Source: an uncultured Caulobacterales bacterium (lineage in GTDB: Bacteria; Pseudomonadota; Alphaproteobacteria; Caulobacterales; Maricaulaceae). Taken from it: a DNA stretch of 64,000 nucleotides. The stretch is from assembly GCA_964654665.1 (NCBI GenBank), contig CAZZKV010000002.1:75119-139118 (forward strand), written 5' to 3'. A model generated the notes under the pieces. The model was not told where the DNA came from and ran no database searches. It was given only the letters and a program-made list of their open reading frames with translations. Both the position numbers and the translations under genes were made by a program. Below are positions 16,214-26,515 of the stretch, piece by piece; the stretch's first letter is position 1; every line of letters starts with the position of its first letter.

Positions 16214-18483
16214 GACCCATTCCGGCGTAAATTTGAGCCTAATTTTTGCTCACTTGGCTGGGCCCGCGGCAATAACGTTATCAAAGGGTCAGCTTCCGTG
16301 AGCGCTTGCTCAACACGATTGCGTAAAAGATTGACAAATTGATTTTTATCTTCCTGTCCGCGCAGAACATAGGGCGTTATAAGAATAATCAATTCTGTTT
16401 TATCGCGTGAAATCGCATTTCTCGCAAACGCTTGCCCTACAAAGGGTAAATCCTTGAGAAACGGCACACCTTCGTCATCAAGCACTTGATTATCCTGCAT
16501 TAATCCGCCCAAAACCGCCGTTTCGCCGTCTTCCAGTGTCAGCTGTGTCGTCACGGTTCTATTTGAAATTGTCGGTGTTCCAAGAGAGGACCCGCCCGTA
16601 TCAACGGTTGCGGAAACCTCGACTGAAATATCCAAGTCAATACGATCACGGCTAAAGACAATGGGAGACAGCGATACGATTTGGCCGGTTTTACGATAAT
16701 CAATTTGCTGCAAAATATCGGTTTCCCCGCCGCCATTCTGATTGCTCGCTGCCCGCTGAGACGTAATAATCGGCACATCGGTCCCGACTTGTATATCCGC
16801 CGTCCCACCAGATCTAGCAGTTAGAATAGGCGTCGAAAGCACCCGAATTTGCCTATTATCGGCAAAAGCATTCAGCGTTGCGTCAATATTACCTGTTACA
16901 AGCCCAACCGTAAGCCCGTTCCCGCCAATACCAAGACCATCTGTATCAAATGTCCCGCGCACACGCTCATCCCCTAAATCGTCCAAACTTAATTCAACGC
17001 CGATACTGGTTGAATCATTGAGCGTGACCTCTGCAATTTGCAACTCAATCAAAACTTCAGGTGCTGGCGTGTCAAGCTGGCGCAGCAGGCGCGTGTAACG
17101 TTCATTATCAGTTTGGTCGCCCGAAAAGATAATTCGATTGCCTAAAGTATCGACAGTAAAAATGTCTCCGCCCAAATTGGCGTTGGCAAATCCGCTCGTT
17201 TGCCCCCCAATCGCATTACCCGCGCCACCGCCGCGCCCGGAACTGCTTGACCCACGCTGATCGCGTTGTCGTTGATTGGATAAAGCGCGATTAGCAATTT
17301 CGGCAATCAATTCCGCATCAATATTTCTAACCTGATAAACAAAAATCTGGCTTTCATTGACGCCATCTGCCGGGCGGTCCAAATTCTGAATCCAATTATT
17401 CACCCTCTCATTAGCTTCATTTGATTTTGAGAAAATAAACACGTCATTAGAAAAAGCCGTTGGCATTACAAAAATAGTCCGGCTTAAATTCGGATCACTA
17501 GATACCATCCACCCTTCAACACTCAAAGCATTCGATAAAGCCTCGGAAAACTCTTCTGCGCGCCAATATTTTGGCCGATATCTTAAGACCTGACTGCCCG
17601 CAAATTGCAATTCATCCAATTCACGGATAATTTGCACAGCCTTATCAACTTCTTCTGGCAACCCCGACAAAGATACGTAATTAAACCGCGGGCTGGATTT
17701 AATTGTCAGCTTATCAGAATTACGTCCGAAAGCCTGTTGTAAAAACTCCAACATGGAATTCGCATCAACGGCCTGTAATTCGACAAATTGAACCACAGGC
17801 TGCAAAGCATCAGGCGTACCGAGGCGGGCGCGGGATTTAATAAAACGCGGAATACGCGATTTAAGGGCCTTATCTTCAATAACAAGATATTTATCGTCCT
17901 CAACAAAAACCCGTACGCCATATTCTTCCAGCGTTAAAGAAATAAGCTCCAAAAATTCACGCGAGGACATTTCGCCGGAAGAATTCAACCGGATCATTTC
18001 TGTACGGTTCGCAATATTCGGTCCCGTTGCATAAGGTACTTGCAACATTTCGGCAAATACGGTTTCAATAAAAACCGACAGTGGAAGCGGATTAACTTGG
18101 GCTGACACGCGGCGCGTTTTACTGGCTGGCCCACGTTTTAAATCAACATCACCTAAACCTTCTGGACGATCAGAAATGACAGGAACGCGGCCAATCAGCG
18201 AAATCGTTCCGCTTGACGCTTCCTTAGCAAGAGGCCGGCCATCAGCATCCGTCGCACCGACCACCCCTTGGTAAAAAGGACTCGTTGACACATACCCCGT
18301 TTTAGATGGGCGTATGACTTGATCTCCAAGACGTTTGCCAAAAGCAATCTCCTTTGACGCACTATTTTTAGCCGAGTTTTTCTGATCCAAAGTTTGGCAC
18401 CCGCCCAACAGCGCTGTCATCGCTGCACTGACAATAATATATCGGAAACCTTGAGAGTTTGCCTTATATAAAAATGGCTTCAT
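16210..18483 (-). CDS. gspD: type II secretion system secretin GspD, with lipoprotein signal (liposecretin-like)
   Basis: C-terminal secretin domain (GVPFLKDLPFVGQAFARN...TELIILITPYVLR) and N0-N3-like repeats. The N-terminal lipobox is ALLGG/C. Confidence 0.9.
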   Translation of the reverse strand: MKPFLYKANSQGFRYIIVSAAMTALLGGCQTLDQKNSAKNSASKEIAFGKRLGDQVIRPSKTGYVSTSPFYQGVVGATDADGRPLAKEASSGTISLIGRVPVISDRPEGLGDVDLKRGPASKTRRVSAQVNPLPLSVFIETVFAEMLQVPYATGPNIANRTEMIRLNSSGEMSSREFLELISLTLEEYGVRVFVEDDKYLVIEDKALKSRIPRFIKSRARLGTPDALQPVVQFVELQAVDANSMLEFLQQAFGRNSDKLTIKSSPRFNYVSLSGLPEEVDKAVQIIRELDELQFAGSQVLRYRPKYWRAEEFSEALSNALSVEGWMVSSDPNLSRTIFVMPTAFSNDVFIFSKSNEANERVNNWIQNLDRPADGVNESQIFVYQVRNIDAELIAEIANRALSNQRQRDQRGSSSSGRGGGAGNAIGGQTSGFANANLGGDIFTVDTLGNRIIFSGDQTDNERYTRLLRQLDTPAPEVLIELQIAEVTLNDSTSIGVELSLDDLGDERVRGTFDTDGLGIGGNGLTVGLVTGNIDATLNAFADNRQIRVLSTPILTARSGGTADIQVGTDVPIITSQRAASNQNGGGETDILQQIDYRKTGQIVSLSPIVFSRDRIDLDISVEVSATVDTGGSSLGTPTISNRTVTTQLTLEDGETAVLGGLMQDNQVLDDEGVPFLKDLPFVGQAFARNAISRDKTELIILITPYVLRGQEDKNQFVNLLRNRVEQALTEADPLITLLPRAQPSEQKLGSNLRRNGS

Positions 18484-18487
18484 GCTG

Positions 18488-19018
18488 TTAGTTCCGCTTC
18501 TTTAAAGTCTGTGTATTTAATTCGGATGTAACGCGGTCCAAATTTACCTCTTGGGCTTGATTTGTATCGCTAATTGAAAAACCTTGTTCCTTGCCGTCAA
18601 AAACAGCTAACACCTTGTTAGTTTTAACATTTTTTATCAACCAACCCGTATCCAGCTGATCCCCAGCGCCCATAAGAACAATCTTTCCATCTGCTTGTTT
18701 TAGTAAAACTTTTGATACACCATTAACCGTTGTATAACCACTTCGTAGGGGAAAATTCGGCACCCCCTCCCGCGCGGCACTCGCAGCCAAATTCCTATCG
18801 CTCGGCGTGACCCGTTTCGCAACCTTATTCACTGGGAAAATTCGGGCGGATTCAATTATTTGTTGAGCCGCAATAATTTCAGCCGCATTATCGCTGGTTC
18901 GTACATCCGGCCATGTCACAGACTTAGCTCCAGCGTGAACAGGCTGTGTGCTGGATAATACCCACCCGGCCAAACCGGAAAGGGCCATCAAAATGAGTGA
19001 AAATAAGCGCAATCCCAT
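18488..19018 (-). CDS. gspC: GspC-like (HR/PilP-like domain) inner-membrane T2SS protein
   Basis: N-terminal TM, a short beta-rich C-terminal domain (VLLKQADGKIVLMGAGDQLDTGWLIKNVKTNKVLAVFDG), and a position directly upstream of gspD. Only 176 aa, with no PDZ domain. Confidence 0.45.
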   Translation of the reverse strand: MGLRLFSLILMALSGLAGWVLSSTQPVHAGAKSVTWPDVRTSDNAAEIIAAQQIIESARIFPVNKVAKRVTPSDRNLAASAAREGVPNFPLRSGYTTVNGVSKVLLKQADGKIVLMGAGDQLDTGWLIKNVKTNKVLAVFDGKEQGFSISDTNQAQEVNLDRVTSELNTQTLKKRN

Positions 19019-19617
19019 TATTGCTCCCCGCCTGTTACCGAGGCATTATCAATACTAACAGGAATAATTCCCCGCACAGTCAACATGGATTGGCGATTGG
19101 CTTGGACAGAAAACTGTACATCGCGCACAATAATCATCCGATTATCCGCGGCCAGATCCGTTAGGACGGAAGCGGCGTTATTACCTCCGCGTATTAATCC
19201 GTTAAATTCAAAATATTGCACATCAAGGCCATCGATTGTTTCAGTCGCGGCTTCAACACGCGGTCGCCAATTTTCCATTTTGTTCTTTGTGGCAACGGCG
19301 CGAAGTTTTTGCTGCAAATTAGCCGCTATTATCCCGGGGGTTCGGCCCTTCCATTGTCGCTGTTCTGCCAACCCTCGAGCCGTTTTGCTTTGCGCAAGGC
19401 GGGAGGTCCAACTGTCATCTGCCCGTATATCTTCCAATTGGGCAAGCTCGAGAGCCGCCGCCTGATGGCTATGTTTTAAACTTGCCGTATAGTCGGATAA
19501 TTTCATCAATGCGAACCACGCCGTAATAGAAACAATTGCGATCAGGCCGAACCCTTCAATAGGCGAAAATTGCTCGTCAAGTTGGCGGCGCAACTGATCC
19601 AATAACCCGCTCATCAT
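19018..19617 (-). CDS. gspM: T2SS inner-membrane protein GspM-like
   Basis: About 200 aa with a single N-terminal TM and a ferredoxin-like C-terminal pattern. It follows the gspL-like gene with a 4-nt overlap. Confidence 0.5.
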   Translation of the reverse strand: MMSGLLDQLRRQLDEQFSPIEGFGLIAIVSITAWFALMKLSDYTASLKHSHQAAALELAQLEDIRADDSWTSRLAQSKTARGLAEQRQWKGRTPGIIAANLQQKLRAVATKNKMENWRPRVEAATETIDGLDVQYFEFNGLIRGGNNAASVLTDLAADNRMIIVRDVQFSVQANRQSMLTVRGIIPVSIDNASVTGGEQ

Positions 19618-20666
19618 TGCCCTGGCCTCGCCGTTATTTGGTCAGCTTCAAGATTGCCGGCCACGCCGACTAACACGGCCTTTACAATAACAGCATTTCC
19701 CTGTCCAAAATTTACTGTCACATCTTGTAAAGCCGGGCTTTTTTCAAGAGCCGCTACAAGTTCAGGTTCTGCAGCATCAGGCACGCCAACCATACGAATA
19801 GTCATATCGCCTTCGCGAATTTGAACCGATCTCATTTCAATATCTTTATCCCCAAAGACCTGCGCCGTCGCCGCTATGGCTTTTATCGCATGAGCCTCGT
19901 CCCCCATGGCTGCCAGCCGTTTTGCTGCCTGTAAATTCCCGAGGGCTTGACGCCGCTGTGCCAAAACCTGGGATGCTGTATCAGAAATCGTATTAATTTT
20001 TGCCTGAATTTGCGCTATAGCCATTTTATGATGAATAATTTGGGCGCTAAAAAACACAGTACTGCATAGCGCTAAAATACCAACCCCCATCATCAAACGC
20101 GACGGTGAAAGTCCGCCTCCGGAACCACCTTGATAACTAAAAATTGGCAGGTTTTTCCGAAAAGGCACGGTAACAGCTTCGGTTAAAGGAAAAGCGGATA
20201 ATTTATCCGCACTCGTAACGGCCTGTAAAAATATTTGCCAATCACGCGCTGCAGGCATTTGGGGCCACCAACGACTTGCGATTAAAACGCCGTTTTCCCA
20301 CACTTGACCTTCAGTGCCGTCAAGGCAATTCACCAATCTGGCCCCATCTGCCTCCATAGGCTCACGCGCAATTGTTTCGGGCATATATCGTGCAGTTTCA
20401 CTCAAAGCTGCAAAATTCCAAATCCCTACGCTTTCACCTGTTTTATCTTTATCCAGATAAATACCCTCTTCCCCATTGGCAGATTCTTTAACCGCCTTAA
20501 ACCGAGCAGCCGCCAAACCTTGGCGACCCGGGGCTTTGAGCGGCACACGGCGAAACGCACAGCGCGCCCGCGGCACAATATAAAGCGTTTGACCCATAGC
20601 ACCACTTTGCAATACGTGGTTTTGGCCCTCTTTATCGTGCGTTATCAGTTGTGGGCGAAAGAACAT
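19614..20666 (-). CDS. gspL: T2SS inner-membrane protein GspL-like
   Basis: Bitopic layout: an N-terminal cytoplasmic domain of about 190 aa, one TM (LMMGVGILALCSTVFFSAQII), and a periplasmic domain. It sits between gspK and gspM. The start may instead be ATG 20597. Confidence 0.5.
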   Translation of the reverse strand: MFFRPQLITHDKEGQNHVLQSGAMGQTLYIVPRARCAFRRVPLKAPGRQGLAAARFKAVKESANGEEGIYLDKDKTGESVGIWNFAALSETARYMPETIAREPMEADGARLVNCLDGTEGQVWENGVLIASRWWPQMPAARDWQIFLQAVTSADKLSAFPLTEAVTVPFRKNLPIFSYQGGSGGGLSPSRLMMGVGILALCSTVFFSAQIIHHKMAIAQIQAKINTISDTASQVLAQRRQALGNLQAAKRLAAMGDEAHAIKAIAATAQVFGDKDIEMRSVQIREGDMTIRMVGVPDAAEPELVAALEKSPALQDVTVNFGQGNAVIVKAVLVGVAGNLEADQITARPGQ

Positions 20667-21630
20667 AATTGATTACTTTATCACCTCCTAAGCTATTGTC
20701 GAAATTAATATTTTCGGGCTCTTCTAACATAGTCCGCTCATAAACAAAGCGCCGTCTTACAGGGGACCCTAGATCATAGATAAGCCGTTGTATCTCGACA
20801 GCACGCTGATGATATCGTCCGTTTTCATCCCGATATGTCATTGTCAAACGCGCCTCATTGGACGGAAAAGGTTCGTTGACCAAAGCACCACTAAAATCAC
20901 TTTGTTGCGCGCGGGTTTTTGCCCCGGTTAACTGTAAATGGTCAAGAATCGGGGGATAGGCCGCATTCACAAAAAGGGATGATCCCGAATTATTCATCGA
21001 AATCATATCTTCCAACCGATGACGGTCTATTTTTTCAACCGCCACGTCCCAATCCATTACATTGCGTAATTCATCTAAATGCCGTAGCGGGGCGTTAGCG
21101 GGCGGTGGTAAATTTTTTAATCGGTATTCGGGAGCTTCAGCTCCCTGAAATTGTCTTTGAGAGTCACCATCAATATAATCGAGCAATCGCGCCGTAAGGC
21201 GCCGTGATTGGGTGCCTGAAAACCCTTCGGCTCGTAGAAATTTATCAATCAGTTCTTTAGACAAACCATTAATAGGAATAAATCCGCGCGAATCGCGTAA
21301 ATTAATCTGAACATCCCCTGTAAAAGTTGAAACATGACGCACATCCCCATTGTGCCCCCACAGCCTGTCCGTTTTTTGTCCATTTTTATAAAGATTAAAC
21401 CCGCCATTAGAAGGCTCTGCTGTAACCATTGCCCAAACGGCTTCGGCCTCGGCACTCGCAAATGCAATGTCAACATCCGCACTGTTTTGCATAGCACGTA
21501 TGACAGTTTGCATTTTGCTCATCCGAGACATAGCAATGCTGCCGGCTATCGATAAAATCAGGATAACAACCAATACATAGGGCAAAACAAAACCGCCCGC
21601 ATTATGCGTAAGCTTATAAGTCAATATCAC
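20632..21630 (-). CDS. gspK: T2SS minor pseudopilin GspK
   Basis: About 330 aa. Hydrophobic N-terminal segment without the conserved Glu5 (GGFVLPYVLVVILILSIAGS). Has the LDELRNV motif typical of GspK. Confidence 0.7.
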   Translation of the reverse strand: MILTYKLTHNAGGFVLPYVLVVILILSIAGSIAMSRMSKMQTVIRAMQNSADVDIAFASAEAEAVWAMVTAEPSNGGFNLYKNGQKTDRLWGHNGDVRHVSTFTGDVQINLRDSRGFIPINGLSKELIDKFLRAEGFSGTQSRRLTARLLDYIDGDSQRQFQGAEAPEYRLKNLPPPANAPLRHLDELRNVMDWDVAVEKIDRHRLEDMISMNNSGSSLFVNAAYPPILDHLQLTGAKTRAQQSDFSGALVNEPFPSNEARLTMTYRDENGRYHQRAVEIQRLIYDLGSPVRRRFVYERTMLEEPENINFDNSLGGDKVINYVLSPTTDNAR

Positions 21631-22291
21631 TCACATCCCTATAAGGCGGACGCGTGGCACCGTCTGTGGCTGCAATAATACTACGCTGAACGTCTTCACC
21701 AAAAATTCCATCGATCCAAGATATTTTAACGGCCAAAGGTAGATGCGGCATTTGCATTAACTCTACATCGTTAAAAAATCCGGGTGATGGGATTTCGCGG
21801 GGCGGCCATTGTTTATACCAGATTTTATCTTCCCCGAGATATTCCATTTTTGCATTGCGCCCTAATATAGGAAAAACATCAAGTACAAGGTCTGTACTTG
21901 TCAAACGCAGAGCGGTATTGTCATGTCCTAGCTCAACTAATTCTAAGGTAAACGCTTCAAATTTTGCTCGGTTTTTTGTTGGCACCCCAACAGACCGCCC
22001 CTTCAAAATACGGTTATCGCCCGTAAAAATATCGTCTTGTGTTCCCAGAATAATATTTTCTGGCCAATGGGTTTTCGCGCCGGCAATAAGGCTGCGCAAC
22101 ATTTTGCGCCCCGCGCCATCATCTAAAAGAGTTTCACTAATCTCCAAAGCCTTATCAGAAACCCGAAGCAATGCACTACTTGATTGAAACAAGGCAAGCG
22201 ACGCCAAAGACATAATGACAAGGGCAATCAAAGTTTCCAATAATGAGAACCCGTCTTGCGACTGAATATATGTTTGGCTCTGTATTCGCAT
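21614..22291 (-). CDS. gspJ: T2SS minor pseudopilin GspJ-like
   Basis: Prepilin motif QDG/FSLLETLIALVIMSL. 225 aa, directly upstream of gspK. Confidence 0.6.
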   Translation of the reverse strand: MRIQSQTYIQSQDGFSLLETLIALVIMSLASLALFQSSSALLRVSDKALEISETLLDDGAGRKMLRSLIAGAKTHWPENIILGTQDDIFTGDNRILKGRSVGVPTKNRAKFEAFTLELVELGHDNTALRLTSTDLVLDVFPILGRNAKMEYLGEDKIWYKQWPPREIPSPGFFNDVELMQMPHLPLAVKISWIDGIFGEDVQRSIIAATDGATRPPYRDVSDIDL

Positions 22292-22411
22292 TTTTATTCT
22301 TGCGTCTCCGTTCTCATATCAATCTCTTTAACCTGATGCTTATCAATTGGAAATGTGATTTCTTGTATTATGACTGTTCAATGCGCAGAAGATAACTTAA
22401 ACATCTGTCAT

Positions 22412-23617
22412 ATGCCGCGATTTAAATTTAAAGCTCTGGACCGTGACGGCGCAACTATTCGCGGCGAAATTGATGCTATAAATGAAACAGACGCCGTGAT
22501 GCGTATCTCTGACCGGCGTCTTGATATATTCAAGATTTCCAAAACGGCCAGCCCGTCAAGACATTTTAATGGGACTAAAAAAGCGAAAAAACGCGATATG
22601 GCACGCTATATTCGGCAATTAGCGACCTTACTCAGTGCCGGGGTCACTTTAATGGAAGCTTTAAAAAGCCTGGCCAAGTCCAATGCCCATCCCGCTCTAG
22701 CCCAAGCCTCCGACAATATTCGCCGTGATTTGCGCGCCGGTCAACGGCTCTCATCGGCTATGGCTAATCATCTTCCATCTCTCCCGCCTTATGTCCCACG
22801 TTTGGCAGAACTGGGGGAAGCAACAGGCCAATCAGCCAAAGCCTTATCAGACGCAGCCGATCGGATGGAATTTGAGGATGCAATGCGCAGCGAAGTACGA
22901 ACCGCACTGTCCTATCCCTTGTTCTTAACGGTCATCGGAACGGCAATTGTATTTTTATTATTCCTCTTTGTTGTTCCGCGCTTTGATAGCTTTTTAGGCG
23001 ACAATCGTGATAGTTTACCGGCTATTTCGACATTCGTTATCAATATGGGAACCGGAATGAAAGCCAATTTACCTCTGGTTATTGGCGCCATGGCCGCTTT
23101 ATTTGCAGGCGGATTTATGATCAGTCAGCAACCAAAACTTAAAGCCGGTTTTCGCAGTTTTCTGGAATCTTTGCCCGTGATTGGCCCTGTCCTTATCCGG
23201 TCCGACTTGGGCGGCTGGGCGCGCACAGTTGGCATTGCTTTGGATAATGGAGCCGATCTTCTGTCTGCTTTAAGATTAGGCGAATATAGCCTACGCAGTC
23301 CGCGGTTAATGCGGGGATTTGAGGCCGCGCGAGTCGATATTCGGGCCGGCCGCAACATTGATGAGTCGCTGATGCAAAATGTAGGGGATTTCGATCCTCT
23401 CACGATTGACCTTATCCGCACGGGTCGTAGTTCCGGGACTTTACCCTCTATGTTATTATTTGTTGGTGAAGCCGAAGAAAAAGAGACTCGCGAACTCGCA
23501 AAACGTCTTGCCTCATTGGCTGAACCTATTGCGATTTTAACCATCGCGCTTATAGTTGGAACCATTGTCATTAGCATTGTGCTTGCCATGACAAGTCTTT
23601 ACGATTTCGATATTTAG
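22412..23617 (+). CDS. gspF: type II secretion system inner-membrane platform protein GspF
   Basis: Two T2SSF repeats (ARYIRQLATLLSAGVTLMEAL ; WARTVGIALDNGADLLSAL) and 3 TM segments. The start is taken at MPRFKFKALD (the track starts 57 nt upstream). Confidence 0.9.
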   Translation: MPRFKFKALDRDGATIRGEIDAINETDAVMRISDRRLDIFKISKTASPSRHFNGTKKAKKRDMARYIRQLATLLSAGVTLMEALKSLAKSNAHPALAQASDNIRRDLRAGQRLSSAMANHLPSLPPYVPRLAELGEATGQSAKALSDAADRMEFEDAMRSEVRTALSYPLFLTVIGTAIVFLLFLFVVPRFDSFLGDNRDSLPAISTFVINMGTGMKANLPLVIGAMAALFAGGFMISQQPKLKAGFRSFLESLPVIGPVLIRSDLGGWARTVGIALDNGADLLSALRLGEYSLRSPRLMRGFEAARVDIRAGRNIDESLMQNVGDFDPLTIDLIRTGRSSGTLPSMLLFVGEAEEKETRELAKRLASLAEPIAILTIALIVGTIVISIVLAMTSLYDFDI

Positions 23618-23626
23618 GACACCCTT

Positions 23627-24079
23627 ATGGAAAAGAAAATTAAAAACCAGCAACGCACCCATAAAGATGCTGGCTATTCCTTGCTTGAGATTATGGTTGT
23701 GCTCGTCATCATGGGGCTTTTAGCAACATTAGTTGCCCCCCGCCTTTTTGGACAAGTTGATAAATCAAGAGTGACCACTGCGAAAGCGCAAGCAAAATCT
23801 TTACGCCTTGCTCTGGATAGTTACCGCCTTGATGTCGGGCGCTATCCGACGCAACAAGAAGGTTTAACAGCCCTTATAACCGCGCCTCAAGGGAATAACG
23901 GTAGCTGGTTCGGCCCTTATCTTGACGGCGAAATGCCGCGCGACCCCTGGGGTAATAGCTATATATATGAAGCCCCTGCGACAAATGAAAATGGCCAAGT
24001 GCTTAGCCCGAAAGTCATTTCACTTGGCGCTGATAATACTGTTGGCGGAAACGGAAATGACGCCGATATCTCCTCATAA
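23627..24079 (+). CDS. gspG: T2SS major pseudopilin GspG
   Basis: KDAG/YSLLEIMVVLVIMGLLATLVAPR plus the GspG-specific RYPTQQEGLTALI...PRDPWGNSYIY. Confidence 0.93.
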   Translation: MEKKIKNQQRTHKDAGYSLLEIMVVLVIMGLLATLVAPRLFGQVDKSRVTTAKAQAKSLRLALDSYRLDVGRYPTQQEGLTALITAPQGNNGSWFGPYLDGEMPRDPWGNSYIYEAPATNENGQVLSPKVISLGADNTVGGNGNDADISS

Positions 24080-24491
24080 GGACGCACAGTGGGAGGCGGG
24101 ATTTTCTCTACTTGAAATTCTCGTCACCTTAACACTGATGAGCCTGTTGGTCTCTATCGTTGGCGTGCAACTCTTTAATTCCGTCAATGCCGCACGGTTT
24201 TCTCGCACCTCCCACGCGGCTATTGCCGATATAAAATCTTTACGTGCTAAAGCTATTATTGACCGACAAGACATATTGATAACACAGCAAGAAATCGGCC
24301 TACAAGCCAATAGAAATATTCAATATTACCGTTTTGACGTCCCCGATAATTGGGAGGTTGAAGGAGAACCTATTCAAATTTCAAAGTCGGGTCTATGTTC
24401 GGGCGGGTATATTACATTTAAGAACCCGGAAGGACGGCAGGTTAGTTATACACTCTCTGCGCCGCTTTGCGTCAGTATACGCGATCTGTAA
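24057..24491 (+). CDS. gspH: T2SS minor pseudopilin GspH-like
   Basis: Prepilin motif EAG/FSLLEILVTLTLMSLL. ATG 24057 is the only in-frame start near the motif, and it overlaps the gspG 3' end by 23 nt. The longer track ORF (23922) is an out-of-frame overlap with gspG. Confidence 0.6.
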   Translation: MTPISPHKDAQWEAGFSLLEILVTLTLMSLLVSIVGVQLFNSVNAARFSRTSHAAIADIKSLRAKAIIDRQDILITQQEIGLQANRNIQYYRFDVPDNWEVEGEPIQISKSGLCSGGYITFKNPEGRQVSYTLSAPLCVSIRDL

Positions 24492-24550
24492 CCGATAAAG
24501 CGCCTATTTCTCTCTTTCATCTAGCGGGCTTATACGCCAAAAAGGTGAGT

Positions 24551-25573
24551 ATGACCCAAGCGGCCCCTTATATCCCGTCACTCGACCCGGTACCTAAAGC
24601 CCGCATTATCATTACGGCTTTCCAAAGCCATGATGTCATACACCGGTGTATTGCGCATTTAGCGGCTCAAACCCGAAAGGATTTCGAGGTGGTGATCGTC
24701 AATAATGATCCTCAAGATAAAAGCCTAAATGATATCATCTGGCCCGACAAACGGTTTTCCCTCTTGCACAGTCCTGCCAATATTGGGTTTACTGGTGGGA
24801 GTAATATGGGCGCACGCGGCGCGGCCTGTGAGTGGATTATCACCCTAAATCCCGATGCTTTCGCAGCACCAGACTGGTTTGAGGTTTTAATGGCTTCAGC
24901 GGATACAGCCCCTGATTACGCCATGCTCAGTTCAACCCTCATCCAAGAACAGGTCCATGATAAACTTGACGGAGCCGGCGACGCCTATTCAATCTTTGGC
25001 ACTGCATGGCGCAGCGGAGATAATCATCCCGTCACTGCTCTACCGCCAAAGCCCAGAAATGTACTTGGGCCTTGCGGGGCGGCCGCGGCCTATCGCCGGG
25101 AAGATTTCTTCCATTTAGGTAAATTTGACCGCCATCTATTTTGTTACCTTGAAGATATTGATCTTGCACTCCGTTTTCAATTTCAAAATAAGCGTTGTCT
25201 GCACATACCCCAGGCCATCGTGCATCATATCGGCAGCAGCAGCACCGGAGATGATAGTCATTTTCAACTCTATCACAGTTACCGCAATCATCTCCGAGTT
25301 ATGGTAAAAAATATGCCCGTAGCGTTATTAGCCATTATGTTACCCCTTTATTTTATCAGCCAAACATGGATATTACTGCGGACAATCTTTCAACCCAATT
25401 GGAACGCACGAATACGCGGAATTACGCGCGGGTTAGTAAATCTGCCAACGGCCATAAAGGCGCGCAAAACCGTTCAAAAAACACGGCAATTAACCCCGCA
25501 CGAGGTTGCGGCATTATTGTCATGGTCGCTAAAAGATTTACGCCGAAAGGCTATTCACACCTTACCAAAATAA
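24551..25573 (+). CDS. family 2 glycosyltransferase
   Basis: ARIIITAFQSHD...FEVVIVNNDP...TLNPDA (DxD-like) and the C-terminal TM-rich part typical of GT2 rhamnosyl/galactofuranosyl transferases. AAAGGTGAG SD before ATG 24551. Confidence 0.8.
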   Translation: MTQAAPYIPSLDPVPKARIIITAFQSHDVIHRCIAHLAAQTRKDFEVVIVNNDPQDKSLNDIIWPDKRFSLLHSPANIGFTGGSNMGARGAACEWIITLNPDAFAAPDWFEVLMASADTAPDYAMLSSTLIQEQVHDKLDGAGDAYSIFGTAWRSGDNHPVTALPPKPRNVLGPCGAAAAYRREDFFHLGKFDRHLFCYLEDIDLALRFQFQNKRCLHIPQAIVHHIGSSSTGDDSHFQLYHSYRNHLRVMVKNMPVALLAIMLPLYFISQTWILLRTIFQPNWNARIRGITRGLVNLPTAIKARKTVQKTRQLTPHEVAALLSWSLKDLRRKAIHTLPK

Positions 25574-25584
25574 CCCGCAAAACT

Positions 25585-26463
25585 TTAGGTATTATCCTTT
25601 AAAAACTTTAATAAATAAGCTCCATAACCACTTTTTTGCAGCGGTTTTGCAAGCGCTTTCAATTGCGCGGCATCAATCCACCCGTTTTGAAAACTAATCA
25701 CTTCTGGACAACAAATACGTTTACCCTGCCGTTCTTCAATGACGCTAACAAATTGCGCCGCTTGCAACAAAGATCGATGCGTGCCTGTATCAAGCCATGT
25801 CGTCCCGTGTCCAAGACGCTCGACAGTTAATTCTCCCCGATCCAGATAAATTTGATTGAGGGCCGTTATTTCCAACTCCCCGCGGGCAGAGGGTTTAACA
25901 CGTTTTGCATATTCCGGAGCATGCGAGTCGTAATAATACAAACCCGTGACTGCATAATTTGATGCCGGATTATCTGGCTTCTCTTCAAGAGAATTTGCTT
26001 TGCCCGTATCATCAAAACCAACAACCCCATATACATTTGGGTTTTTTACCTCATATCCAAATACAGTGGCTCCGCTATTTTGCTTGGCCGCCCGTTTAAT
26101 GGCCTGACTAAACTCAACCCCAAAGAATAGATTATCCCCTAAGATTAATGTGCTAGGACCGCCATCTAAAAATGCTTCGGCAATAATCAACGCTTGAGCT
26201 AAACCATCTGGTGATGGTTGCTCTGCATATTGAATATTCATGCCCCATCGTGCCCCATCCCCCAATAAATTGACAAATGCTGGTTGATCATGCGGCGTGG
26301 TGATAATCAGCACATCACGCAACCCTGCTTCCATCAACACGCAAAGGGGATAATATATCATCGGCTTATCAAAAACCGGCATTAATTGTTTAGAAACAGA
26401 AATGGTACTGGGGTGAAGACGCGTCCCTGTACCTCCTGCTAAAATAATCCCTTTACGCCGCAT
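25585..26463 (-). CDS. rmlA: glucose-1-phosphate thymidylyltransferase
   Basis: KGIILAGGTGTRLHPSTISVSKQLMPVFDKPMIYYPL is a near-consensus RmlA/RfbA N-terminus, and similarity extends over the full length. Confidence 0.93.
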   Translation of the reverse strand: MRRKGIILAGGTGTRLHPSTISVSKQLMPVFDKPMIYYPLCVLMEAGLRDVLIITTPHDQPAFVNLLGDGARWGMNIQYAEQPSPDGLAQALIIAEAFLDGGPSTLILGDNLFFGVEFSQAIKRAAKQNSGATVFGYEVKNPNVYGVVGFDDTGKANSLEEKPDNPASNYAVTGLYYYDSHAPEYAKRVKPSARGELEITALNQIYLDRGELTVERLGHGTTWLDTGTHRSLLQAAQFVSVIEERQGKRICCPEVISFQNGWIDAAQLKALAKPLQKSGYGAYLLKFLKDNT

Positions 26464-26515
26464 CGCATTATCCTTTTACTCTTAAAATGGTGATGATCAC
26501 ACAATCTAAACCACG

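Noticed and set aside
23922-24056. N-terminal 45 codons of the 189-aa track ORF that overlaps gspG
   Set aside because: This is an out-of-frame overlap with the well-supported gspG. The prepilin leader logic places the real start at ATG 24057.
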